Assembly (NCBI GenBank): GCA_965116925.1
Contig: OZ220744.1
Coordinates: forward strand, 448,001 to 512,000
Length of the DNA: 64,000 nucleotides
Origin: Candidatus Poribacteria bacterium
GTDB lineage: Bacteria; Poribacteria; WGA-4E; PCPOR2b
Reading direction: 5' to 3'
Positions 49,170 through 58,471 of the stretch are shown here, in pieces. The notes below the pieces were generated by a model that was not told the origin of the DNA, ran no database searches, and worked only from the letters and a program-made list of their open reading frames with translations. Positions within the stretch are counted from its first letter, which is position 1. Each line of letters opens with the position of its first letter. The position numbers were made by a program, and so were the translations under genes.

Positions 49170-51200
49170 GTGATGGCAAGGCAACTGACATGTGAAAACC
49201 TCACTGAATGTGGTTTGGACAGACTGACATCGGAGCAGCTGTTAGAGCGTATCAATCCGTTACTCGCATTGCGGACCGCCGCAGCATGTTGGGAGAAAAT
49301 TTCGCAAACCGTTTTAACCCCTGACCACCCATTTGCCCTTCATCAACTTCTCCACAATACAGTTTTTGCCGATTGGAAGGGACAGGCTGCCCCTGCTTGG
49401 TTTCCGGCGGAAGATAAAATTGAGAAAACAAACATCGCGGCGGTTATGCGGGAGTTAGATCTCGACTCTTATGAATCGCTCCATTCGTGGTCGGTGCACC
49501 ATCGCGCCGATTTTTGGGAATTGATGATTGAGCGGCTTGGGATTCAATTTCATCGGAAATTTAGTCAAGTGGTGGATGTGTCTAAGGGGGATGAATTTCC
49601 CAAGTGGCTTGTGGAGGCACGGCTTAATATCGTCGAGAGCTGCTTTAACGCACCAAGCGATGCTACGGCGATTGTGTTTCAGTCAGAGGACTCGACGCTT
49701 TCGACGATGACTTACGGCGAACTCAACGGATTGGTCAATCGGGTTGCCAACAGTTTGATGAACGCTGGCTTCCAGCCGGGCGATCCTATCGCCGTAAATA
49801 TGTCAATGCACCCCGAATCGGTCGCAGCCTATCTCGGTATCATCAAAGCGGGTTGCGTCGTGATTGCGATTGCGGACAGTTTTGCACCAGATGAGATCCA
49901 GATGCGTCTGCGTATTGCAAACGCGAAAGGGATTTTTACGCAAGACTATATCCGCCGTGCTGGAAGACAATTGTCGTTATATGCAAGGGTGGTTGACGCT
50001 AACGCGCCAAAAGCGATTGTCCTTTCCCGTGGGGAAGAGCATCAGATTGAATTGCGAAACGGTGATTTGACTTGGGAGGGGTTTCTTAGCGATAGGGACC
50101 GGTTTGATGCAGTTGACTGTGATCCGCATGATCACACGAATATTTTGTTTTCTTCGGGGACAACCGGAGAGCCCAAAGCGATTCCGTGGACACAAACCAC
50201 GCCGATTAAATGTGCCACAGATGCGTACCTACATCACGATATTCAGCGCGGAGATGTGTTGGCTTGGCCCACCAATCTTGGATGGATGATGGGGCCGTGG
50301 CTCATCTACGCGAGTTTGATCAACCAGGGTACGATTGCGTTATACGATGGCACCGCAACGGAAAGGGAATTTGGCGAGTTTGTGCAAAACGCTCGTGTTA
50401 CAATGCTCGGTGTCGTACCAAGTATAGTGAGGGCTTGGAAAAATAAGGATTGTATGAAAGGGCTTGATTGGCAGGCTATCAAAGCCTTCAGCTCCACAGG
50501 TGAGTGTTCTAACACGGAGGATATGCTGTTTCTGATGTCCACCGCGGGCTACCGTCCAATTATCGAGTATTGTGGCGGAACAGAGATAGGCGGCGGTTAT
50601 CTCACTGGCACGACTATCCAACCTGCCGCTCCGGCGACCTTTACCACGCCTGCTTTAGGATTGGATATAGTCATCTGTAATGAAGAAGGTCAACCAACGG
50701 ATAACGGAGAGGTTTTTGTGACATCGCCTTCTATTGGGCTTTCCACCGAGTTGCTAAACAGAGACCATCACGAGGTGTACTTTGAGGGAACTCCTCAACT
50801 ACCGAAGCTGCCGCCTCTTCGTCGTCATGGGGACGGGGTAGAACGGTTGGCTGATGGCTACTACCGCATCCACGGGCGCGTGGATGATACGATGAATCTC
50901 GGCGGTATCAAGATTAGTTCAGCAGAGATCGAGGGGGTTCTCAATTCGGTAAGTGGGATTCAGGAGGTTGCAGCGATTGCCGTGCCACCGCCCGACGGCG
51001 GTCCCAGTCAGCTGGTCATTTATGCTGTGTTGCTGCCGGGTGCAGATACCAATTTGCTGACCAATTCCCTACAATCGGCGATTCGAGAGCATCTCAATCC
51101 GCTGTTTCGGATTCATGATGTCGTTGTTGTTGATGCCCTGCCCCGAACCGCCTCCAACAAAATTATGCGCCGTATTTTGCGCGATGAGCGGGCCTGTTAA
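49170..51200 (+). CDS. AMP-forming acyl-CoA synthetase
   Basis: FSSGTTGEPK, GGTEIGG, HGD, GRVDD, LPRTASNKIMRR. Confidence 0.92.
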   Translation: MMARQLTCENLTECGLDRLTSEQLLERINPLLALRTAAACWEKISQTVLTPDHPFALHQLLHNTVFADWKGQAAPAWFPAEDKIEKTNIAAVMRELDLDSYESLHSWSVHHRADFWELMIERLGIQFHRKFSQVVDVSKGDEFPKWLVEARLNIVESCFNAPSDATAIVFQSEDSTLSTMTYGELNGLVNRVANSLMNAGFQPGDPIAVNMSMHPESVAAYLGIIKAGCVVIAIADSFAPDEIQMRLRIANAKGIFTQDYIRRAGRQLSLYARVVDANAPKAIVLSRGEEHQIELRNGDLTWEGFLSDRDRFDAVDCDPHDHTNILFSSGTTGEPKAIPWTQTTPIKCATDAYLHHDIQRGDVLAWPTNLGWMMGPWLIYASLINQGTIALYDGTATEREFGEFVQNARVTMLGVVPSIVRAWKNKDCMKGLDWQAIKAFSSTGECSNTEDMLFLMSTAGYRPIIEYCGGTEIGGGYLTGTTIQPAAPATFTTPALGLDIVICNEEGQPTDNGEVFVTSPSIGLSTELLNRDHHEVYFEGTPQLPKLPPLRRHGDGVERLADGYYRIHGRVDDTMNLGGIKISSAEIEGVLNSVSGIQEVAAIAVPPPDGGPSQLVIYAVLLPGADTNLLTNSLQSAIREHLNPLFRIHDVVVVDALPRTASNKIMRRILRDERAC

Positions 51201-51224
51201 AACACGGCACACAGCGTGTGCCTA

Positions 51225-51692
51225 CTACTTTAGGATGAGCATCTTGCGGGTGGCGGAAAAATCGCCTGCCTCCAACTGGTAGAAATAGATGCTGCTTCCC
51301 ACTAGTTCGCCTAAGTCGTTGCGTCCATCCCAATGCGCTGCTTTTGTCCTTTCCGTGTAGTATCCTGCCTACTGATACCCCAAAGAGAGTTGACGGACGA
51401 CCATGCCTTTTGCATCACAGATGGTAAGCGTTACATCGGCAGCGTGGGCAAGGTGATAGGGGATCCATGTCTCCGGGTTAAACGGATTGGGATAGTTTGC
51501 GAACAAAACAGTTTCGGTGGGTGGGGAGCGCAGATCTGCGTTCTCTACGTCCGAGAGCAGACGGTAGAGATTCGCAATACCACGTTGGAAGATGGGCGAA
51601 CCGTCATCCGCTGTATGAGCCATGTCAATCCAGTTTTGAATGGTTGCGGCACGGAGTGCTGATGGATACCACACAAGATCGCTAGGTGCCAA
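51225..51692 (-). pseudogene. Truncated C-terminal FlgD/T9SS-sorting-like module with internal amber stop
   Basis: NYPNPFNPETWIPY...LGYQ*AGYY..AAHWDGRNDLGE..IYFYQLEAGDFSATRKMLILK*; in-frame TAG 51369-51371; no N-terminal cargo. Confidence 0.8.
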
Positions 51693-51882
51693 AGGAACTG
51701 TTGATTCGCCCTAGACTTAATGCAGAATCGATCTCTGTGGCTAGGCCTGGGTTGAAGTCTGAGCAAAAGGAGGAGAGAAAAATCAACATCCATAGAGCAC
51801 AACGACACACAACCGCCTCCGATTTGGCATCAGGAACACGATTAGCAGATTTGCACCACTCATGCACACTTTTCATTTCTTT

Positions 51883-52668
51883 TCAATTTCCATTCCCATC
51901 TGGTTGCCGCAACAGTTCAATCAGCGATTCACGTTCTTGCTCGCTGAGAGTAGATGCGTCGAGGTTTTGGATGATTTTTTCCCAGCCAATGGCCTGGATG
52001 ACCTGTTCCGGCGGGAACAGGTCTAAAATGGCGGGTAGGTCAAGGTCAAAACCGCGTAGGCTTTCGAGATTCATTTCTTGTAACACCTCCTTGATAGCTT
52101 GGGGATGTAAGATGCTGATGAAGTTTCTCATCTCACCTAGCTCGTGATAATTTTCAACCAAAGACCGCACAATTTCCCTTTCACGCGCTAGGTCGCCTTT
52201 GTAAACCATCAACAGCGGAAGGGTTGCTGACGTAATTGGGAGGGTTGCGAGATCAATTTGATAGATTGGGAAGCGAGCGAGTGTGCCGCGCTGAACTCCC
52301 GGGCCAATTGGTATCAAGTCGTCGATGTAGAGCGGAAAATTACCGGCAAATTTGCTAGCAATGACCCACAGTGTGATTTGGTTACGGTCAACAATTTTCT
52401 GTTGCATCTGGTATAAGCAAGCATAGCTTTCGATTTGAGCAACAGTCGTCCAATTTGCCGTATCTCCCGCTCCTTTGAATTCCCCGATTGTCGGTTGTCC
52501 GAGATGGTTATACGGGTATGGAAGCGATTGAATCGGTACGCTCGGTTGAAACAGTAGATCCATTTCAAGCGGCATTTGTCCAAGTGAAATCGAGTCCTGT
52601 ATCTGGATTTGGTCGCTCAGAGAGTGTCGAAGAAATTGAGCGAGCAGCGGATGCCACTGGATAGCCAT
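51883..52668 (-). CDS. Hypothetical Rpn-like/PD-(D/E)XK-fold protein
   Basis: WH..., EMDLL...GEFKG...YACLY pattern, helical tail. Confidence 0.5.
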   Translation of the reverse strand: MAIQWHPLLAQFLRHSLSDQIQIQDSISLGQMPLEMDLLFQPSVPIQSLPYPYNHLGQPTIGEFKGAGDTANWTTVAQIESYACLYQMQQKIVDRNQITLWVIASKFAGNFPLYIDDLIPIGPGVQRGTLARFPIYQIDLATLPITSATLPLLMVYKGDLAREREIVRSLVENYHELGEMRNFISILHPQAIKEVLQEMNLESLRGFDLDLPAILDLFPPEQVIQAIGWEKIIQNLDASTLSEQERESLIELLRQPDGNGN

Positions 52669-52800
52669 CTTTTCGTTTTGATCGAACCTAAGAAGTGTGT
52701 AAGGGAGGGCACCGCTCCCCAGGGTCATTTAATCGGGCGGGGAAACCAGATGCCCCGCCTACGATTTCTATTGTATGATTTTTTAACATAAGCCAATAAA

Positions 52801-52840
52801 AAACCGGTAGAAGCAGGTTGTGTTATGCTTCTACCGGTTT
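52801..52840 (-). terminator. Intrinsic terminator of Mo-hydroxylase operon
   Basis: 15-bp stem AAACCGGTAGAAGCA / TGCTTCTACCGGTTT followed by a T-run on the minus strand. Confidence 0.7.
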
Positions 52841-52845
52841 TGCTT

Positions 52846-55146
52846 CTACTTCCCGTTGCCGTGCAACGCGTCTACAACCTTCTCCGGTTTCATTGGAAGT
52901 TCGGTAATCCGGATACCAACCGCGTCGGCGACAGCGTTTGCCATCGTTGCCAGCGTTGGGGTGATTGGCGGTTCACCGACACCCTTTGCACCGAATGGAC
53001 CATCGGGTGCTTCTACTTCGACGATCACTGACTCAACGGTGGGGAGATCCGCGGTGGTTGGCACACGATAATCGACGAAGCCCGGATTCACGTTGCCTTC
53101 CTCGTTATACTGCATCTCCTCCATGGTCGCCCAAGCGTAGCCTTGCACAGCACCCCCTTCAATCTGTCCTTCAACCGCCATCGGGTTGATAGCGAAACCG
53201 ACATCCTGTGAGGCTGCCATCTTCAGCACCTTGATCCTGCCGGTCTCTGAATCGATTTCGACTTTAGCGATTTGTGCGGCAAGGGCAGGTGTCGAAGGCT
53301 TTCGAGCAAAGGAGCCTTTGCCGACGATGGGTCCACCTGTTGTTGAGAGGCTGTATGCTGCCAATTCACCGAATCCGATTGACTTCGGTGGGTCGCCCAC
53401 GACGGTTGAAACCTTACCATCTTTGAGTTCGAGGGATTCAACGTCGGTGTTCAACCGCTCGGCGGCGAGTTCAAGGAGGCGTCTCCGCGTATCCTCTGCA
53501 GCGAGCTTGGCGGTATTGCCCATTGTAAAGGTGACAACACTGCCGCCGGAACCTGTGGCATAGGGTGCTGAATTGGTGTCACCGCGCGAGATTGTGACCT
53601 CCTCATAAGGAAGGGTCAGGATTTCGGCGACAATTTGGGCAAGTGCCGTATCTGTGCCGGTGATATCCATCGAGCCGTGGAAGATTCGTGCGCTTCCATC
53701 TTCGTGGATAGAGACGAACATCCCACCGGGCCCACAACCGTTTGTCCAATCACCAATTGCCACGCCCCACCCTTGATTGGGTCCTTTCGTGCGGTTCTTC
53801 CAATCCACCGCATCGGCGACCGCTTGTAGGGTTTCCTTATAACCGACCTTTGGCTCATTCGGTCCTGCGGGCACTGGGTCACCCTCGACCCGCATATTTT
53901 TGAGGCGAAATTCAACCGGATCTAGGTTGAGTTTACGGGCGATATCGTCAAGCTGGGATTCACCGGCAAACGCGACCTGCGGCGTTCCTGGTGCGCGATA
54001 AGCAGCGGTGCCGGACTTATTTGTGTAGACACCATACGCATCAACCTTCAGGTGGGGGAACTTATAGACGCCACGCAGGCGGATGGTGCTACCGATTGAG
54101 GCTCCCGATACGGAACCGGAATCCCAGAAAGCCAGTCCTTCGCGGGCGAGGATTGTGCCGTCGTTCTTCACGCCGGTCTTCAACTTAATCACACAACCCG
54201 GTGCCGGACGACCATCGGTAAACTCCTCTTCGCGGGTCATCTGAATCTTCACTGGACGACCTGTCTTTTGGGAGAGGAGAACAGCGGGAACATGCGTCAA
54301 CGCGACACCAAAGCGTCCACCAAACCCACCGCCCATTGTCGTCGCAACGACATTAATCTGATTGAGCGGAATGCCGAGTGTGCCTGCGATACCGGATCGG
54401 ATGGCGAAGGGACCTTGGGTGCTTGCCCAAACTGTTACTTTTCCAGTGGAATCGGCATCAGCAACAGAAACGTGTGGCTCCATGTAGGTCTGATGTACCC
54501 GTGGGATGACATACGTATCTTCCACAACCAGATCCGATTCTGCGAAGCCTTGTTCTATATCCCCGGCGGCGGAGTGCGTTTCGGCAGAGATATTGTAATA
54601 GACATCGTCTTCAGTGGCTTCCAACTGTGCGTTTAACTCAGCAATCCTTGCGCTGTGGTCTGCTGGCGACTTATCCCGCTCAAGTTTTCTCAATTCGGCT
54701 CTAATCGCTCGCCGGGCGGGTCCATCCTTCGTATCATCGCTCTGTAGGCGTGGCGCGCCCGGCTGAATGGCTTCCATCACATCCTGAACGGCGGGCAGCA
54801 CTTCGTAGTCGATTTTGACCAGATCCGCAGCTTCTTCCGCAATGTCCGGATCCGTTGCTGCAACGGCTGCAATCGGTTCACCGAGATAGAGGACTTTGTC
54901 GGTAGCAAAGACTCGTCGTCCGCTCTCGACATCATCTTGGGTGACAATCGCTCGTACGCCGGGCAGTTTTTCAGCTTCGCTCGTATCAATATTTAGGATC
55001 TTTGCGTGTGGATGTTCGCTGCGCACAAATTTACCGTGAAGCATACCGGGCAGATTGACATCTCCCCCATACTGCGCCGCACCGGTCACTTTTTCAAGTG
55101 CGTCAACTCTCGGTACTCTTTTACCAAGAACTGTATATTCTGACAT
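52846..55146 (-). CDS. Xanthine dehydrogenase-family molybdopterin-binding large subunit
   Basis: KVTG.A.Y, GGGFGG, AYRAPG, SGGS, GAKGVGE. Confidence 0.92.
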   Translation of the reverse strand: MSEYTVLGKRVPRVDALEKVTGAAQYGGDVNLPGMLHGKFVRSEHPHAKILNIDTSEAEKLPGVRAIVTQDDVESGRRVFATDKVLYLGEPIAAVAATDPDIAEEAADLVKIDYEVLPAVQDVMEAIQPGAPRLQSDDTKDGPARRAIRAELRKLERDKSPADHSARIAELNAQLEATEDDVYYNISAETHSAAGDIEQGFAESDLVVEDTYVIPRVHQTYMEPHVSVADADSTGKVTVWASTQGPFAIRSGIAGTLGIPLNQINVVATTMGGGFGGRFGVALTHVPAVLLSQKTGRPVKIQMTREEEFTDGRPAPGCVIKLKTGVKNDGTILAREGLAFWDSGSVSGASIGSTIRLRGVYKFPHLKVDAYGVYTNKSGTAAYRAPGTPQVAFAGESQLDDIARKLNLDPVEFRLKNMRVEGDPVPAGPNEPKVGYKETLQAVADAVDWKNRTKGPNQGWGVAIGDWTNGCGPGGMFVSIHEDGSARIFHGSMDITGTDTALAQIVAEILTLPYEEVTISRGDTNSAPYATGSGGSVVTFTMGNTAKLAAEDTRRRLLELAAERLNTDVESLELKDGKVSTVVGDPPKSIGFGELAAYSLSTTGGPIVGKGSFARKPSTPALAAQIAKVEIDSETGRIKVLKMAASQDVGFAINPMAVEGQIEGGAVQGYAWATMEEMQYNEEGNVNPGFVDYRVPTTADLPTVESVIVEVEAPDGPFGAKGVGEPPITPTLATMANAVADAVGIRITELPMKPEKVVDALHGNGK

Positions 55147-55183
55147 GAACAATCTCCTTTTTAGAATGGAACGTGATGAGTGA

Positions 55184-55263
55184 GGTATCGGGATTTGGAA
55201 ATCCCTCCTACAGAAAGACTAAATGACCCTAATGGGTATTGGGATTCGGAAATCCTTCCTACA
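55184..55263. repeat. Two tandem GTAG-type hairpins around a solo family A end
   Basis: GGTATCGGGATTTGGAAATCCCTCCTACA and GGTATTGGGATTCGGAAATCCTTCCTACA with CTAAATGACCCTA between. Confidence 0.65.
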
Positions 55264-55293
55264 TAAAACCTCACCCTTAACGGGCAGTGGGCA

Positions 55294-55770
55294 TCATGAA
55301 TTGCGCATAACTTCCGCTGCACTCATCACAGCTTCAATGATCTTCGTATACCCTGTGCACCGGCAGATGTTGTTACCAAGTGCGTGTCTTATCTCTGCTT
55401 CGGTCGCGTTGGGATTTTCATCGAGAAATGCTTTGGACGCTACGATGAATCCCGGCGTGCAGAAGCCACACTGGTATCCCCCTTTGTCCATAAACGCTTG
55501 CTGGATGGGGTGCAGTTCATCTCGGCTTGCCAGTCCCTCTACCGTTGTGATTTCCTTGCCGTTGGCACTGACACCAAGCATCATACAAGATGTTACCGCT
55601 TTTCCGTCTACAATGACTGTACACGCACCACAATCGCCGGTACTACACCCTTCTTTGGTACCCGTTAAACCGATTGTGTCACGAAGGGTCGCTAACAATG
55701 TTTTTCTCGGTTCAATCAACAGATCATATGTATCAGTGTTGACTGTTAAACTCACTGGATGCTTCTTCAT
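55294..55770 (-). CDS. Mo-hydroxylase small [2Fe-2S] subunit
   Basis: GCSTGDCGACT, QCGFCTPG, NICRCTGY. Confidence 0.94.
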   Translation of the reverse strand: MKKHPVSLTVNTDTYDLLIEPRKTLLATLRDTIGLTGTKEGCSTGDCGACTVIVDGKAVTSCMMLGVSANGKEITTVEGLASRDELHPIQQAFMDKGGYQCGFCTPGFIVASKAFLDENPNATEAEIRHALGNNICRCTGYTKIIEAVMSAAEVMRNS

Positions 55771-55885
55771 AGGGTTATCCTTTCTGTTCTTCAAATAAGG
55801 CTCGGGAATGAGTCTAAAATAGATATGACATTCTGATTTTTTACACGTCCGATAAATTGGGCTTTCGCTGAACTTAACCTGCTGA

Positions 55886-56752
55886 TTAGCCTTGTGCGCG
55901 GTCGGCTGCGGCTTGAAGTGTCCGCCGGGTTAAAACACCAACCATTTCTCGACGATGTTCTGCCGAACACCGCAAGTCTGAAATGGGGCTCGATTGCGCT
56001 GAAGCAGCTGTAGCAGCTTGTTCTAACAGTTCTGCTGTCAGGGAATTTCCATTTACAATAGCTTCTGCATCGGTAGCTCGGAGCGGTGTGGGGGCAACAG
56101 CGGCAAGACCGATCTTGACATCTGATACGGTGCCGTTATTGGTTTTCGCGGATGATGCCACGCCGACGAAGGCAAGATCCATCACCTCTCTGATTTTCTG
56201 CTTGATGTACTGTGAACCTTCATTCGTACCGCGGGGCGGACATTCAAACCCTGTAACAATCTCCCCAGTTTCTAATACGGTTTGCCCTGGACCTAAAAAG
56301 AAGGTTTCAATGGGCACAGTACGCTCACCATCGGCACTAGCAATACTAACCTGTGCGCCAAGTGCTAGCAGGGGTGCTGCAGTATCTGCAGCGGGGGAAC
56401 CGTGACTAATGTTACCTCCTATTGTTGCAAGGTGGCGAATCTGGACACCGCCAACCTCACCGGCACCTTCGGCAAGGGCAGTATAGCGTTCACGGATTGT
56501 TGGATCTTTTTCGAGTGTGCGCATCTTCGTTAGTGCCCCGATTCGTAGGCCAGTTCCTTCATCGTAGTCAATGCCCACCAATCCGGGAATTTTTTCTAAG
56601 CTAATAACATACTCAGGCATCGCTGTCCGTGCCTTCATTTCTATAATGAGATCTGTTCCACCGGCTAAGAGCTTCGCTTTGCCGGTGTATTGTGTCAGCA
56701 GGGCTGACGCTTCCTCAATAGTTGTTGGTTCAAAAAACTCAAAGTTCCTCAA
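55886..56752 (-). CDS. Mo-hydroxylase FAD-binding medium subunit
   Basis: AGGTDL, ATIGGN, SPAAD; TTG start after GGAGG. Confidence 0.92.
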   Translation of the reverse strand: MRNFEFFEPTTIEEASALLTQYTGKAKLLAGGTDLIIEMKARTAMPEYVISLEKIPGLVGIDYDEGTGLRIGALTKMRTLEKDPTIRERYTALAEGAGEVGGVQIRHLATIGGNISHGSPAADTAAPLLALGAQVSIASADGERTVPIETFFLGPGQTVLETGEIVTGFECPPRGTNEGSQYIKQKIREVMDLAFVGVASSAKTNNGTVSDVKIGLAAVAPTPLRATDAEAIVNGNSLTAELLEQAATAASAQSSPISDLRCSAEHRREMVGVLTRRTLQAAADRAQG

Positions 56753-56831
56753 TGTGATGACCTCCCTGAAAATACGAGGCATCCCGCGCCTCGCAAAATG
56801 GTTGACCCTGAACATAGTTTGACATGACTAA

Positions 56832-56860
56832 AGCATACCAAATCTGGTTGGGGTTGTCAA
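56832..56860 (-). promoter_or_regulatory. sigma70-type promoter of Mo-hydroxylase operon
   Basis: TTGACA-17 nt-TATGCT with TGn. Confidence 0.7.
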
Positions 56861-56878
56861 CTCTTTAATAGTTGCATC

Positions 56879-57105
56879 TAGGGTCATTTAATTCTCCCGT
56901 AGTTCGATCTCCCGGTCAAGGTTACAGCGGGGCAAGATGCCCCGCCTATGGGTTCGAGTCATTCCAAAATCAGCCAAAAACCAAAAACTATAGTGAATTC
57001 AAAAAATAAAGAAACACTTGCGCCCCCATGTTTGGTAGGCGCTGTTTTCAACTGCGCCGATTTGGAGTGTCTCATTAATTCTAAAATCTACTATAAATAA
57101 CCCTA
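56879..57105. mobile_element. MITE-like element, family A, copy 3 (inverted) with nested family B element at 56991-57093
   Basis: TAGGGTCATTTAATTCTCCC...AATAACCCTA; 9-bp direct repeat AGTTGCATC at 56870-56878 and 57106-57114. Confidence 0.85.
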
Positions 57106-57121
57106 AGTTGCATCGGTTTAC

Positions 57122-58102
57122 CTATTCAATGATTAATTGATGACGATCTTTCGGTGATTCAGCAGGACAGTCTGTGTCAGCCAACCGAACTGAATTTCCG
57201 TCAAACTCAATATGTTGCTGCGTCGTAAAAATAGCACACTGATCCTCGCGTTTCAACAGATGCACGTGAATGCATCCGGAAATTCCGTAGATATTAATGA
57301 AATCATAGATAATTTTGGTTGCCTGATCTAGCTCGCTATGTTGATGGGGCGTGTACGGTCCAACCAAGACCGGCGAGCGTCCTTTGAACGTACCGAGGGA
57401 CGCCTTAGGGCGAGAATCACGAAAAAGATGTAACACACTCTTATTGGGGGGGGGGAACAGTTTATTCCAAGCCCTTTTTAAGCGACGAAACGATCCAGAT
57501 GGCGGTGCAACATAAGAGGAGAGAGAATAGGTGATATTGGTTGGTGGATCGGTGTCCGGAGGGATATACCGGCAAATGAGAAGCGGCTTTGATTTGAACG
57601 ATGCTAAAAAGTAAGCATAGCGCGCCGGTTTTTCAACGAACAAGTCGAGAAATTCCGAAAAGCTTGAAAGTTCGCGTGATTTCTGCTCTTCGCGTTGATC
57701 TCCTGTTTGAAAAGAATGTAGCCAGAATTTGAAGCGGGCGTTAATACTAGTGCGAGTTTCGCCAATGACATTTATGAGCTCGATAGCGTGTAGGTACGCG
57801 TCTTCGATAGTGCTAGCGAGATACCGGTGATTTTCGGCTGCGCGTTGTGTGATTACTTCGAGATTTTCAATGAGGCGTCTTATCTTTCTTTGGAATATAT
57901 CAAACTCCAGAGGTGCCGCGATTAAATGTTCAATCTGATCCACAAAATTATCAGATTTTTCAAAATCTTCTGCCAACAGATTCAACTCTGACAGAGTCCT
58001 TTTAAGAGCGTCCGAGGTCAACTGAGTTATTTCTGTTATTGACCTATGAGTTAATAATTGCTGAGAATTATCTGTTGCCGCTAAATTCTTCTTTTCTTTC
58101 AT
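57122..58102 (-). CDS. Hypothetical protein (helical N-terminal half)
   Basis: 326-aa ORF, no recognised motif. Confidence 0.7.
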   Translation of the reverse strand: MKEKKNLAATDNSQQLLTHRSITEITQLTSDALKRTLSELNLLAEDFEKSDNFVDQIEHLIAAPLEFDIFQRKIRRLIENLEVITQRAAENHRYLASTIEDAYLHAIELINVIGETRTSINARFKFWLHSFQTGDQREEQKSRELSSFSEFLDLFVEKPARYAYFLASFKSKPLLICRYIPPDTDPPTNITYSLSSYVAPPSGSFRRLKRAWNKLFPPPNKSVLHLFRDSRPKASLGTFKGRSPVLVGPYTPHQHSELDQATKIIYDFINIYGISGCIHVHLLKREDQCAIFTTQQHIEFDGNSVRLADTDCPAESPKDRHQLIIE

Positions 58103-58244
58103 GTGAAGTTGTGCTATAATAGATTACTTATTTTAATAAGAAATAGGCTGTTCAAATGTTTCCGTCAATTGTAGCTATCAGCTGTGGAAATTATACACTA
58201 TATTGATTGAAAATAAAACAACAATTTCAACGGCACTGTTCAAC

Positions 58245-58363
58245 CTAGTACACTGTCAGGCAAATTATGATTGTCTATATGGATTGAGACTCATAATACT
58301 TCGTAGGGGTCGGGTCACCCGATCCCCTTGTTGATATGCAAAACTTATCTGACTGAGTACTAG
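58245..58363. mobile_element. MITE-like element, family E
   Basis: CTAGTACACTGTCAGGCAAATT / AACTTATCTGACTGAGTACTAG; internal GTAG hairpin. Confidence 0.65.
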
Positions 58364-58471
58364 TGGGATTATTGACTGCGACTAGATTCATGATGATTCT
58401 TTAGTTATCTGTTAAAACGCTTTATTTTTAGGATAATCTGTCATTATAAATAAAGATTTTAAGGAGACAAC

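Noticed and set aside
51369..51371. Pyrrolysine or amber read-through
   Set aside because: Gene is also 5'-truncated, CAG to TAG is one transition, TAG is a normal stop elsewhere and no pyl genes are visible
52846..55146. Aerobic CO dehydrogenase coxL
   Set aside because: Lacks the AYxCSFR and AYxGAGR signatures; no cox accessory genes
52720..55231. Composite transposon formed by two solo family A ends around the Mo large subunit
   Set aside because: Ends are in compatible orientation, but the flanks share no duplication and the gene belongs to an intact M-S-L operon
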